A stretch of DNA of 64,000 bases from Eledone cirrhosa (GCA_964016885.1 OZ024743.1:187922001-187986000); one strand, 5' to 3'. Positions 1 through 13,050 are shown, counted from the first letter of the stretch. Numbers and translations are program-made. Notes: generated from the sequence alone by a model not told the origin.

Positions 1-30
1 TCTTCACCATGTTATAATTCCCACTTATTC

Positions 31-810
31 CTAAGAGGGTTGTGGGGGAAGAGTCCTCAGACACTCCTTCCAGCAGGTACTGTCAGAAGCAATCATCTCC
101 ATCTGATCTGAATGAATCCCAAAGCGAGAGCAGACAAGCTCATGGATGTTACCCAACCATCTTGCTTGGGGTCTACCCCTGGGTCTCCTGCCAGTTGGTT
201 TAGCCCATAAAACCTGTCCAGCAATTCTTTCCTGAGACATTCTAACCACATACCAATAGTATCGGAGCTGTGATCTCTCAATTTGGAAAAGTAGTGGCTC
301 TACCTGAAGTGACTCTCTGATCTCTGAGCTATGCACTTTATTGAGTAACATTACTCCAAAAACTCTTTCGAGGAACCCCCTTTCGACTGCTTGTATTTGT
401 GATCATATTCTTTTGCACCTAGCTCTCTTCTTCTGATTGCCAAATGCTGAAGCTGATGCATTATTGCACCAGCTCCTGCAATTGTTGTAAATGGAGAACA
501 CAGCCCTGAGATACTTGAATCTACATCTGCTTCAGTGGAACTCCATTCACATGTAGAGTGCACTGTACAGGCTTCCTTGAAGGACACATGTCTCAGTTTT
601 CACAGCACTGATTTTCATTCTAGCCATGCAGCACTCGTCATCAAACCTATTGAATGCAAGCTGGAGATCACCTTCTGTCATGGTAAGTGACACCATGTCG
701 TCTACAAATTCCAGGTGAATGATTTCACATCCATCAGTCATTATACCACTTCCAACCCGGCTGCGATTGTCAATCCTGTTCATGAAAATCATGAACAGGA
801 AAAGTGACTT
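31..810 (-). mobile_element. RTE-clade LINE, 3' portion (RT C-terminal part to ORF end), decayed
   Basis: Minus-strand peptides LFMIFMNRI..HLEFVDDMVSL..MKISAVKTET (degenerate YADD region) and IERSQLRYYWYVVRM..GRRPRGRPQARW (typical RTE C-terminus). Confidence 0.9.
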
Positions 811-2140
811 TAGTTCAACAAAGAAAGTGTTTTGGCAGACTATCTTCCGACTTTGTAGTAAGAAATCCTTCTCTACTCTTGCTATCAGGAATACATCTGG
901 GATTCTCCTGTCTTCAGAGAGGTGCATCCTTGCGAGGTGGAGAGAATACTTTGCTAATGTCATAAGCCTGATCACAACAACAGCATCTTCTGATGTATAT
1001 GAGGCACATCTTGAAGAAGTGACTAATCACACTGAGGTCACAAAAGCGGTTAAAGAGCTCAAATGTGGCAATGTCATCGGGGAAGATGAAATCTGGTCTG
1101 AGATATTAAATGCCTTAAATAGAGAAGATATTCTCTGACTAACTTGTGTGTACCTGGTGGCCTGGGCCTCTGAAAAGGCACCTAAGCAATGGCAAGTGGG
1201 AATGATAATCACAATTTTCAAAAAGGCAGGCAAGAGAGAGTATTCCAATTACAGAGGGATTTTCTTGTTAAGCCTCCCCAGTAAAATCTATGCTAAGTGT
1301 TTGGCAAAAAGATATAGGGAGATTGTCGAGTTCAAGCTAGCTGATGAATAATGTGGTTTTTGCCCTGGATGCAGTACAGCCAACCACACTACAACAGGTC
1401 TTCAAGAATCGTGGGAGTTTAGAGAATTGGTCACAGGGTTATTTACTTTGGTAAACGCCACTGCAGGCCAACCACTAATTAAATTCGATACAGATATAAT
1501 AAGGTTAACAAACTTACTCGTGAGTGAACTGACGGAGAGCCGGTCGCCAAATAATCAGCACGGTAAATTAAATGTTATTGAGACACGAGTAACATAATAA
1601 TGATGTCAACAGCAGAAATTAGAGATGAAATGGATGTTTATTTTTGTTGTAGCACAAATAATGTTGGTTAACTTGTATGGTTGAAGTTACACATAAAAAG
1701 TGAGGTTACAAAAGGGAATGTGTCATTGCGCCGGAAAGTCGGCAGGTTAAGGTGCAAAATCTCACCGTCACATGTACGTGTTGCTGGTTCGAAGTCCCAG
1801 GTGCGAGAGAGAGATTTTCTTCAAATCTTCGCGGGTAATTTCTCTCTCAGGACGCGTAGGGATACATCCTCTTCTGCTGGCGCTGATTGGCTGAGCTGAG
1901 CCAAATCACGCACAGAGAATGCATGTGAGCCCGCGGAATGTAGGTCACTACAGGAGTATTGTTAAGAGGTATATTCTTGTTTTGTAGACCTCTAAAAGGC
2001 ATATGAACTCATTCCTCGGGACCTGCTGGAGAAGGTTATGCAGGATATGGGACCGATGGTTGGCTTCTTGCTGCCCTCATGTCTCTATATGAATGCAGAA
2101 GTATTTGTGTTCGGACAAATGGCACTTATTCAAAACCATT
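811..2140 (+). mobile_element. Inverted upstream portion of the same RTE LINE (pre-RT linker and RT N-terminal part), interrupted by a solo LTR
   Basis: Plus-strand ARWREYF, EVTKAVKELKCG, NYRGIFLLSLPSKIYAKCL, CGFCPG; after 1952 SCFVDL*KAYELIPR..RTNGTYSKPF. Confidence 0.85.
1418..1952 (-). mobile_element. Solo LTR (probably Gypsy) inserted into the RTE
   Basis: 535-bp insert ending ..CACTACA, left end TTTAGAG (mutated TGTAG); 4-bp TSD GGAG at 1414-1417 and 1953-1956; removing it restores the RTE reading S-W-E-Y; CCAAT and AATAAA on the minus strand. Confidence 0.75.
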
Positions 2141-2558
2141 TAATACATAATATTAATACTTAGAATATACATGGTTCCCAATATTTTGATACATGGATTC
2201 AAAGCAATCATAAATCAACAAAACAAATAAATCATTTGTTGGTTGAGAATCTTTCACTTTAACAATCTTTGTTTCGATTGGTCCACCTCTTTAATTTCTA
2301 TTAGTACTTTCATTACCCTTTTTTTTTTCTCTTTGTCTTCCTGAATTATAAAGTTGTGTCAGTCTTGATTTTTATAGGTAATCTTGAATTCCACATCATA
2401 ATTATCATCATTAACATCATTGTTTAATGTCCATTCTTGCTACTAACTTTGAGAGTTAGAATTATAGGATTTTTTACCATCATTATTGTGAAATGAATAT
2501 GAAATAAACTAGATACGATTGTACACTTGAAGTTTGTTTTAAATTATTTTTCTACAAA

Positions 2559-2747
2559 ATAATTGTTTCTACCTTAGGCACAAGGCCAGCAATTACCCAG
2601 TGCATTACTGGTACTTTATTTTATCGACCCCGTAAGGATGAAAGGCAAAGTCAACCTTGGCGGGATTTGAACTCAGATCGTAAAGGGACGTAACTATGCT
2701 GGAAAGCATGGCGTCCGACCCTCTACCGATACTGCCAATCCACCACC
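2559..2747 (-). mobile_element. tRNA-derived SINE family A (octopus OK-like, Meta-domain-like core)
   Basis: B-box GAGTTCAAATCC and core TTTGCCTTTCATCCTTACGGGGTCGATAAAATAAAGTACCAG; 18-bp TSD ATTTTTCTACAAAATAAT at 2546-2563 and 2748-2765; close copies at about 10500, 11752 and 42636. Confidence 0.9.
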
Positions 2748-4148
2748 ATTTTTCTACAAAATAATGAATTATGAAATATATTCTCTCCTTTTCATAAAAA
2801 TTAAATGAATGGAACAATCAGAATGAAGTGTGTTGAAGTGAAACATTCCTATCTATTATATAACAATTATAATGGGTTTTTGCTTGGTGACAGTCACTGT
2901 GACCAGCAGAATAGAATGAACCAAAAGCACTAAAATGCAGTTACAATTGAACTCAACAAATATAGAGTGAGAATATAAATATCTAAACACAAGTTGAAAT
3001 TCTAAGTAGGCTTCTATTTTATCAAGACATTTATATGCTCAACATATGCTATTCTGTGAAAGTGAGGTCATCATCATCACATCCTCTTCCATCTCCTTTT
3101 CTTCCTTCTCACCATCATCATCGTTTAAAGTCCACTTTCCTTACTAGGAAAGGTAAATCCTATCCTACTTGAACATCAACTTACAACTAACTCAATAAGT
3201 CAAAATAGCTAATCCTCTAGAAAATCCTGGAAATTCATATGGATGGTGCTTATCTATAGCTTTCATTGATCCCCAGTGATAGGCAACCCTGCCACTAAGA
3301 ATAAATCAGATACTTCATACAAAATTGTAGGCATCATCAATAAAAGCAATAAATATTATATTCACAAATTCTATTTTATAGCATCACCATAAAACCTAAA
3401 TGACTTCCCTCAGCATGAAATACATAAAACATTCTGTCATTAAAATCACTGTCTCATTTTAATGGTGAGGTACGATTTGGTCTCATAACTCCAGATATAT
3501 TTGTAGGGCCACTGTATTGACATATGTCATCCCTTGGGTATTTTAAGCTTGGCAGAGCCCATCCTTCTCTGGGCCTGAGTACAATAGATTTCTTCCAGTA
3601 AAGAATAAAAAGTGAGAAAGAGTTATAGAGGAAGAATGAACCCCAGTACTAAACTGGTACTTTTTTTATCAACCTCAAAAGGATGAAAGGCAAAGTTGAA
3701 CTCGGCAGGATTTGAATTCAGAGAGCCAAAAAGGTTAGAATGAATACCTAAGAATACTCTATCTGATGTTCTAACGACTCTGCTGCTTTATTGGTATACC
3801 CCAAATAACGAAAATATAAATTTTGTTAATAAAATTCATACCAGTTATATTTGGTGACTCAGCTTCTTCAAAACTAGTTTTGAAGACCTAAAGAAGACCT
3901 TTTGAAGACCAAAAGAAAAACAATCATAATTAACATTGTCACAGGTTTCACAGAAACTACAATTACAAATGTAGTGAAGCAAAAAGGCTGAAACTAAAAT
4001 TCCTTCTAGAGATACAAAAACTGATACAGCCACTGTAATTCATATAATGAGCTCAGATTTTCACACTAAATCCAGCATTGTATCCTATGCCATATCTTAC
4101 ATTGCCAGTCACTTTAAGGTAACTAATGCAATATGATCCAGAAACATA

Positions 4149-5480
4149 TGTAGTGGAACTACGTTGTACTTCGCAATAGCAACATTTTCATATGCAATAA
4201 GGTCAAACTGACCAATGGTAAATCGCGTATGAATACATGGTCACTCTCACTCTCTCACTGGTGAAAAACCTCAGTACGAAGAAGACCAGAAGATGACTAC
4301 AAAAGCGTGAAGAATTATTATAAAATTACTCCTACATTCCTTTTGACAATAAAAATTATATTTATAGAGGATTGTGCGTTAAAGAGATATTTATTTATAT
4401 CCTGGAAGTCAGAAGCATGTTATTACCAATAAGAAGTGACCAACTCATCGACTAACTTATCTTATATCGTTTGTAAAAACAAGATCCTTAGAAGATTTTA
4501 ACGTTCAGTTATAAAAAGAAATAGGTAACATTTAACCCCTCATCCTATCTATAAAATGGTGACCCGACTATAAAGAATACTTCCTTCACACAAAAAAAAG
4601 TATGTCAAGCCAACAATAACATGATTTTTCTTCGCACATGGCATTTTTGTCCAACATGGCATGTCACCTTCTTCTTCTTCCTCACTGGTCCCCGCGCTTT
4701 ACTTTGGCCGACATAAGTGCACTCTCTACTGTGGCTACTGATACTACGGAACTTTGACATTTTTTTACATGTTTTGTTCACAACTATTTTGGTGAAGTTT
4801 ATGAATGTCTCTCTCCTGCAATGGCAAGGCTGCCTCCTAATGTCCAGGCCATTTTGGCAGCAATGACCGAAACCAGTTCGGTGGATAAGTTGGCTTCATC
4901 TGCTGATAAAATCTTAGAGTACTCCAGCAATTCTACCACTACTACCCTATCACGACTTGCAACAAATTATTCACCTTCGCCTGTCGAATCAGTTAGTCTT
5001 TAAGAACGTTGGCTGGAGTGCTTTGAAGTATTTGTTTCGACTTTATCTCTCTCTGTTCAAATCCCGCCGAGGTCAACTTTCTCTTTCATCCATTCAAAGT
5101 CGATAAAAAAAAGTACAAGTCTAGTACTGGGGTTGATTCTTCTTCTATATCTCTTTCTTACTTGCATTCTTTCACTCACTATCCTTCTCTGGAAGAAGTC
5201 TGCTGTAATCGGAGCTGGGAGAAACAATGTTTATGTACCATAGCTATGATTTTATTAGCTTTCTTCTTTGGACAGGCACTATTTCCTGGGACCTACTTCA
5301 TTCCGTTTCCCTTTTTTCCCTTCTTTATTCCTTTTTCTCTCCCCAACTCATTCCTTGTCCCTTCTCATAGTTTCTGCTCCTGCTGCCACTTCCACTTTCT
5401 GTGACATCTACTACCCCAGGACTAATACTGCATCACTGGCAGAGCAGGATTTATCTTGCTAACTGATCTGTCCATCTGTT
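4149..5480 (+). mobile_element. Gypsy (CsRn1-like) remnant: 5' LTR 4149-4553, tRNA-Trp-type PBS, truncated gag, possible integrase tail; SINE fragment inside at about 5055-5140
   Basis: TGTAGTGG...CTATA then AAA-TGGTGACCCGAC (near complement of the tRNA-Trp 3' end); gag motif RLPPNVQAILAA..VDKLASSADKILE at 4821-5003. Confidence 0.75.
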
Positions 5481-7349
5481 CTGTTTATCTTGTCATCACA
5501 CACACGCAACATACCAACAGAAATGTTTATTTTTTGTTGCACGAGCTGGCATAAAAAAATTGTTGTCGCCTCCATTAATTTTTGTGAAGTTACAAACCAG
5601 TTTGAGAGCTGATGAGGTCAGATGTGTATGTAATTTTGGTATCTTTTAGGACTTTAATCTCAACTACTATTGTAACCCTAATCTCCATTTGTCTACCATC
5701 CTTCTTTCCTTCTTATCACTTCTACATGCCAACACACTTCTCCTTTTTCTCTCTCAATCTTTCCTATGTTTCTTATACCTGTCACTCACCTCATAACTTT
5801 GCTTTCCTCTTTACTGACCACTGGCCTTTTATTTCTGTCCTTAGAGGTATTTTTACCCGTCTTACATGATGCTATTGACAATATTTTGGCTGCTTTAACA
5901 GCTATTTTTATGTTTGTGTTTTCAAATTGTTTCTGTGAATGTCAAATACATTTATGCTTCATCTCAATTTTTGAAGCAGCAATGTTTATATTTATATATA
6001 TATATCATCTTCCTCACCCTTTAACCTCCATTTTTCCATGCTAGCATAAGTTAGATTAGTTGTCCTGTTGTGAGAAAAGCCAGATCAGATAACTGTATCT
6101 TGCTCATAGAGGGCTGATTTTGGTTTGGTTTCTATGCCCTTCCTAATGCCAACCACATTTACAGTGTGTACTGAGTGCTTTTTGTTGTAACACCTACATA
6201 ACTACTTTATAGTGTGGACAGGGCACTTTTTGTCGTGTCACCAACACGACCACTTTACAGTGTGACGGGGTGCCTTTTGGTGTGGCATGAAAACTAATAC
6301 TTTATAATATATATATAGATGGTTTGAAGGATGAATGAAGTATCACTCAGAGGATGATGGAGATAGTACCAGTGATGAATATTGAGTATGATAACACAGT
6401 TATGTGTTGAAAAAGTATAAAGTGTCTAGGCAGAGAGGAAAGAGTGATGGGAATGAATGTAAAAAGAAGTAGAGGAAAGGAAAGACCAAGAAAGACATGG
6501 ATACTGAAATAGAGGGAGAAATGAAAATTAAAGTGTTAGGAGGAGATAAAGAAGATACAGCAAAACATACTTGAAAAGAAAATGAAAAGAAATGCTAAAC
6601 ACATAGATTCTTACACTGGTACCATGTACGTGTGCATTGATATGCATGTACATGTGTGTGCCTGTGTTTCAGGTTGTGCAAACCATCACAAAATAGGTTA
6701 CCATATTCTGGTCTTTAAAAGAGAAGTATATCTCTCTAAAGAAACATAAACTCTGGTAAAATCTTAAGTCATTCAATAAATAAGGTTTCATGAAATTAAT
6801 CTAAGTATTAAAGTTGATATAACTGACCACAGTCACTGAAGGCAGTGCTCCATCATGGCCACATTCTATTGAGTTGAAACCAATGAAAGAGCATTCACAA
6901 AATGCTTGGTTTGCATCCGTAGATCTGATCAGCATTCTGCTACTTGTCTCACTCCAAATCTCTTAACTCTTCCTCCTTCTTCTCCCATTCCACTTCATAC
7001 CCCTTTTCCATCTCCTCTTTGTTGTCTTCATTGTCATCGTCATCATCATTAATGATAACAACTGTGATAATATATCATAACCTCATATGATAGAGGGATA
7101 TAGTTGATTATTTTGACCCCAGTATTTCACATGTGTTTATTTTATTGACCTCCAGAAGGATGAAAAGCAAAAATGTCCCTAATGAGTTTCAGTGCAAATT
7201 GTAAAGAAACAAAATTATACTTGGGGATTTGATCAGAGATAAATTTGATGCAGTAGACGAACTACATATAAAGTTAATGAAATAAGCTAATATTCATTTT
7301 ATTAAGACTAAATAGTGAATCTTGTTACTCTGTAGTTTCACCTGTTTAT

Positions 7350-8450
7350 AACGAAAGAAACTATATTTTATATACATCTTTGTCAATAATGCATTATTGT
7401 ATTTATAAACAAATCATAATTTATAGATGTTATTAATTTCATGTTGATTTATTGCAATACATAATAGAAAGAGTTAGTTGTTCAAGTTGAGAAAAGATTA
7501 TAGACACTGTATCTAATGTACATCATTCAATCTGTTTTAGGTTTTCCTTTTTAAGTTGGTGAAGTGTAGTTTGTAGAAAAGTTAGCTACTAACGCTATGA
7601 AAGTATAAAATTGTCCTTGTTAACATATGTTACTGTTATTTACCAAAATTCTGACTATATATCAATAGAATTCTGTCAATCACATAATGTTGAGTATGTT
7701 TAGACTTTGATTGAATTAACGTTTAATGTCCTGTACCACATTAAACTGCATTAGCAAGACATTTTTGAAAAGCATTAAACAGTGCTATGATTGCATCACA
7801 TTCAAAATCAAATTTTTACTGCAAATCTTCACAATGATCTGCCCATTAGTAAAGATTCTATAAAAATTTGCATTTGAATATTTTCTGCTAAATAGTTTCA
7901 GAAGGCTGAGAGTTACCCCATTATATTTGTATTCTTCCTGCATACTTTTACTAACAACAATTCAGGGTAGCATTTGAATCTGTGATCTACAGTTAATGTT
8001 CCATGGTTCATACCACCAGTAGTAGAATCATCTAGAAACTGTTTCTACTAAACTTTATAATGCAATTATTACATTTTGTAATGGAATATCAACTCCAATT
8101 TGAATTATTAATTTTAGCATCAATTTAATTCTTTATTTGATAAAGCCACAATCACTTCAGTGTTAAGGAAATCCTTTCATGAAATTGTATTTGACTTCTT
8201 GTTATTCTGGCTCCTTTCAAAAGTATTCCTTGTAGACAATTATTATTTTGCATTACTCTCTAGAAACACTTCAAAAGTAAATTCTTCACATTTTTGTTTT
8301 CAAAGAAGTTCTCTTGTAAGATATTCATCCAGCAAACATCTATTTAAGCAATTTAAACTCCAAGCTAATCAATTCAGTTTTTATTACTTCAAACAATAAT
8401 TGTCAAGGTAGCCATTATTTTATGTTAATTAAATTCATCAAAACTTGTAA
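7350..8450 (-). pseudogene. Decayed RNF213-like fragment (post-AAA region)
   Basis: Frameshifted peptides EYLTRELL*KQKCEEFTFEVFLES, QIQFHERI/KDFLNTEV, WWYEPWNI..VDH, DAIIALFNAFQKCLANAV, in the order of the recalled RNF213 motifs. Confidence 0.4.
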
Positions 8451-10422
8451 TGGCTAAGTGTATGTCTATATTGCTGGAAGTACTGGGTAAAGATGGATAT
8501 TGGTTCGTTCTATTGCCAAACAATTAGTTCAAAAAGTCACAATAAATGAGGTGATAAGGTGTCTAGCATCTGGCTTATGGGTTTATAAGTTTAAAATCAA
8601 TTTATGGTTTTCATCTGCCAGTATTAATGTAATGAATATTGGAATATACTAAAGAAGAAAGAAAGAAAATTAGGTTAAACAAAATTTATGTCTATGTGTA
8701 TTGTAACTTAACCCTTTTGGTACCAAACTGCCTGAAACTACCTCTGAACATGTTTACATTTTAAAGTGTTTACATTTATTTAAAAACCTCCTATCATATG
8801 TTTATGCAAAACACTTTAGTTTAGGTTCCTAACACCAGATAAATAAAGAGAAAGTTAGTTCTATTACTAAATCTCTACAAATTCTTGATTATTTTCAAAA
8901 TTATGAAAAACTCATAGGCAATTTCTTTCATTAGAAATATGACAGCAATGGGGCTAGATAATAATGAACATTAATTCCTAGAATTAAACTGGCACCTACT
9001 GATCCTAATTTATCTTTTATTTTACAATTAATTTTGTTTGCTAACAAATTAGTTTATTCAATGACAAATAACATAGCATAAGGTCAAATATTAAATAAGA
9101 TAGGGAATTTACTTAGCATTGACAATTATATGTTACATTCTATAGGATCAGGAAAGTAATGATGGTTTTGTTAGGGCCGTTAGTACAGCAAGCAAAGAAA
9201 CAACAGAAAAAAACACTAAAAACATTGCATAAATTAAGTTCATAAATCTATGATAATTATAATTAATGATATAACAATTCTAAGCATTGGATTGGATTGG
9301 TGGAATCATTAGATTGTCAAACAAAATGATTCATAGCATTTAATTACAGAACTTAATGTTCTGAGTACAAATCCTACCAAGCTTTACCTTTCATCTTCCA
9401 GAGTCAATAAAATAAAATGCTTTATCCCAAATTTGCTCCTCTTTTGCCTAAATCAAAAATTGATATTAGTAATTATTAGGTGTTGGGGCAAAATATAACT
9501 AATCGAATAGTCATGGCTGGAAAATCCTTGAGCATAGGTATGTATGCTCAATTAAGTCTTTCCTTGGCTAAATCACAACATTATTGTTCTTCATCTTTTT
9601 GTTTGCTACATCACCCAGTATACTTCCCCACTTCAACAAAACATTTACTAGTCTCACATACATATGCACACAAGGAGAATAAGAATAATATTATAAATGT
9701 GACATGATAATGCTCCTATTTACTTCTTAACTGTTTGACATAGCTCTCTTCTCATTTCTCAAATGATTCTTAGTTTGATGAATAAGAAGTGATAAAGGAA
9801 AATAAAAATTGGAAAATACAGTTTACCCACAGGGAATTGATTCATCAATATTTCTTTTTAATTTTCTTTCTTCTTTTTGGTTGCCAGACAGAGGTCATAT
9901 TCACAAATTGAGAAATTTGCATATTGTTGGAAAAAAAATAGCTTTTTCTATCTAAATATCCTTCCTACTTCTAATCAGTCAACTGTAGAGTGGGGTGGCA
10001 AACACTTTACAGCTAAACAGACAAGAGATGATGATGAGGAGGAACATAGTGATGCTGCTATTGTTGAGGAGGATGAAAAAATAAATGTTGATCCAACATT
10101 TCTTTGTCATTATATTTAGTTTCACCATAATTTCCATTTATGTTTTAAAGTTTCTACTTTCATATTGACATGTACTTTATGTGTGTGCATGCACATGTGA
10201 GTATGTATGTATATATATAGTTTTTGTTCATGTATTCTACCTCATCTAGAAATTCACTCTGAGCTAGAGCTTCATTTTAATATGTAGAATGATCATTAGT
10301 TGATAAACAAGAAATCCACAATGAGATGTATATATCTATATCTGTATGTAGTTGACAGCTGAAAGAAAATAGTACTCAATAGAGTTTCAATATTCATTTT
10401 ACTAAAGCTACCATAAATAAAA

Positions 10423-10461
<39 letters not shown>

Positions 10462-10497
10462 AGCAAAAAACCAAGAGAAGTAGATCTAGATGCATTG

Positions 10498-10673
10498 ATG
10501 GATTGGCATTATCGGTAGAGGGTCGGACGCCATGCTTTGATGCATAGAGTTGCCATTCTGAGTTCAAATCCCGCCGAGGTTAACTTTGCCTTTCATCCTT
10601 ATGGGGTCGATAAAATAAAGTACCAGTAATAAACTGGATAATTGCTGGCCTTGTGCCAAAAGTATAAACAATT
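10498..10673 (+). mobile_element. SINE family A copy
   Basis: Close similarity to 2559-2747. Confidence 0.9.
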
Positions 10674-10866
10674 ATATGGTAGTGGCCACATCAATAGTTA
10701 AAGCCTTTCTTACTTTCATTAAGAAGCATTTCCCATTAGCACATAAATATTGCAAGATTTTTAATAGAAACACAGTTAAAATACCCTATTCCACAACTCA
10801 AACCTCTCACTCAACATCACTGCATCTAACTTAGCTAAATTACCTAGCCATATTAGTATAAACAAT

Positions 10867-11210
10867 GGAGGCACATGGCTTAGTGGTTAGAGCATTGGCC
10901 TTGCAATCGAAAGGTTGTGAGTTCAATTCTCAGACCGGGAGATGTGTTGTTTCCTTGAGCAAGACACTTTATTTCACATTGCTCCAGTTTACTCAGCTGT
11001 AGAAATGAGATGATAGGGACTGGGGTCCATATCATTCCACTGCAAAGTGGTAGTGGAGGTGCCACGGCAAAAAAACACCCAGCACTCACTGTAAAATGAG
11101 GTTGGTGTTAGGAAGGGCATCCAGCTGTAGATATCAAGCCAGCATCAGTTCCCGTCCCACCCTTGTAAGCAAGGAAAAAGCGGACGTAAAATGAAATGAT
11201 GATGATGATG
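10867..11210 (+). mobile_element. tRNA-derived SINE family B (OR-like head, RTE-like 3' tail, (GAT)n end)
   Basis: A-box TGGCTTAGTGG, B-box GAGTTCAATTC, core TCCTTGAGCAAGACACTTTATTTCACATTGCTCCAG, tail shared with RTE 3' UTRs in this window. Confidence 0.9.
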
Positions 11211-11751
11211 AATCCTGAAGTTAGTTCTAGCTACAATTGTATCAATACGGACTACTGCCCTCTAGCTGGGAAATGCCTATCAAGTAATATAATTTATAAA
11301 TGTAAGGTTAATGCACCATCTCCTAGTAAGGCTTACATAGAGTTAACTGCCAATCAATTTAAGCAGTGTCTATACATGTATTCTCATTCATTTTGACACC
11401 CTTTAAGAAGGAATATGATTTCACTTTCAGCCTATATCTGGAGTTTAAAAGACAATAACATCCAATATAGGTTACACTGGGGAATCTTAACTAAAGCTAG
11501 ATCCTATAATGGAAATAAAAGAGTGTTTGATCCTTTACACCAATGAACAAATCTTAAACAAAAGAGCTGAGGCAATTTTGGCTTGTAAACATAAACTGTA
11601 TGAAACAATTTTGTATATATCTCTAATGCTATACTACATTTATGTATTACAGTTCAGTTTCTTTCATTTAACATTTGTATGTATATATAATTCCATTTAC
11701 ATGTAATAAGTAGGGGTGATATGTAATTTTGTGGTTTTGCTGTGTATTATA

Positions 11752-11933
11752 TGGATTGGCAGTATCGGTAGAGGGTCGGACGCCATGCTTTCCAGCATTG
11801 TTACGTCCCTTTACGATCTGAGTTCAAATCCCGCCGAGGTTGACTTTGCCTTTCATCCTTACGGGGTCGATAAAATGAAGTACCAGTAATGCACTGGGTA
11901 ATTTGGCCTTGTGCCTAAAGTAGAAACAATTAT
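11752..11933 (+). mobile_element. SINE family A copy
   Basis: Close similarity to 2559-2747. Confidence 0.9.
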
Positions 11934-12249
11934 AACTTTTGTGTAAGGGGGTCACTTAGTCTGAAATGCCCCAAGGCCTTCATGGTCTAAATCTGGTCTT
12001 GACTACCAGCATGCCATAGAATTGCTTGGTCAGAGCTGATCTACTGTTACACAATGACATGCACATATAGTCTACTTCAGCTTCACATTTATCCTCCTCA
12101 TCATGATTTAACACCTTTCTTCTCTGCTAGCAATAGTTGTATAGGTCTTCACACACCAAACCATTATGCAAACAAAGCTCCTGACTTCTTTATATTGTAA
12201 AACAAAATACATCATTCTTGATGAAAGCATCACAAATTAGTGCATATAG

Positions 12250-13050
12250 TCTGAATTTATTGCCTATGTATATTTCTGATAAAATACCCCTATCATGAAA
12301 GATGCTTTATAAAATTCATGTTGCAGATGTAAGTATGATTACATGGTTAAAAAGGACCCTCCATAATCATTAGGTTATGTGCCTAATCACACTGTGTGGC
12401 ATTTTGACCAAGTGTCTTTTACCATAGTCTTCTTCTGATCCAAACCTGTAAATAGGTAGCTGCAACATGTAAGCCTATTGGATGGATTCTGCTTGCAATT
12501 CAAACAAACAGCTTTATCACATATAATGTTGTACTGATTTTGCATGAGATTCATACAAAGAGTACACATACGAATTGAATAATCAGCCACTTCACATTTA
12601 AACAAATCTAACTGTTCAACAAAACTGACTACATATCGACCAAAATCTGTCATGTTCTTTCTTGAATATCAAAGTTACTTTACACTTCCCTCCAAATCAA
12701 ACTGTACAGGTATACTATCAACCTGAAGCAAATCCATTTCTGAATCCTGGGGATCCAGAAGAAAGGTTGACATCTTTGATGTTTGTGCTGGTAAATGAAA
12801 TATATTACCTGCTTACCACTACAGAAACACATCTAGTTATAGGAAATTGGCTCATAAGCAGCTTTCATATGCAGAAGGGAACTGAGTTCAACACTGCAAA
12901 CTTATGGCAGCCATCAACTTCACAATGCTACCCCTGCTTACTATAGTCAAATATAATAGTCTTTTATGTTGCCATGATCCACTGAGAGCTTAGTTGGTAG
13001 GTCATCAATACAATATATTACTAAAGACATGATTGAAACCAATATCCTCT
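12250..13050 (-). pseudogene. Decayed RNF213-like fragment containing the RING finger
   Basis: DYSIRM-CTLC-x11-CDK-AV-CLNC-x9-CCSY at 12566-12456 has C3HC4 spacing with H>K and C>Y; followed by GSFLTM (cf. RNF213 CNSFF); in-frame stops upstream. Confidence 0.65.

Larger units (their letters stand above)
10458..11610 (+). mobile_element. Naiad-type Penelope-like element, 3' part (linker and GIY-YIG), split by two SINEs
   Basis: FLTFIKKHFPLAHKYCKIFNRNTVKIPYS; NCINTDYCPLAGKCLSSNIIYKCKV..AYIELTANQFKQ; LSAYIWSLKD..W.IL; LNKRAEAILACKHK. Confidence 0.8.

Noticed and set aside
774-800. 12-bp perfect hairpin TCCTGTTCATGA-AAA-TCATGAACAGGA near the inversion junction
   Set aside because: It lies within the normal RT coding motif LFMIFMNR, so it cannot be shown to be a rearrangement product
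3845-4135. Coding-like stretches (also about 9140-9230, 16860-17050, 47000-47900, 57050-57330)
   Set aside because: No identifiable motifs by eye; should be included in the RNF213 tblastn but are not called
10867-10940. tRNA-like sequence (also at 30166, 39401, 42041)
   Set aside because: It is the SINE head, with no proper acceptor stem, and continues into SINE core and tail
11394-11396. In-frame TGA in the Naiad-like ORF
   Set aside because: Not at a Cys position; most likely CGA>TGA decay
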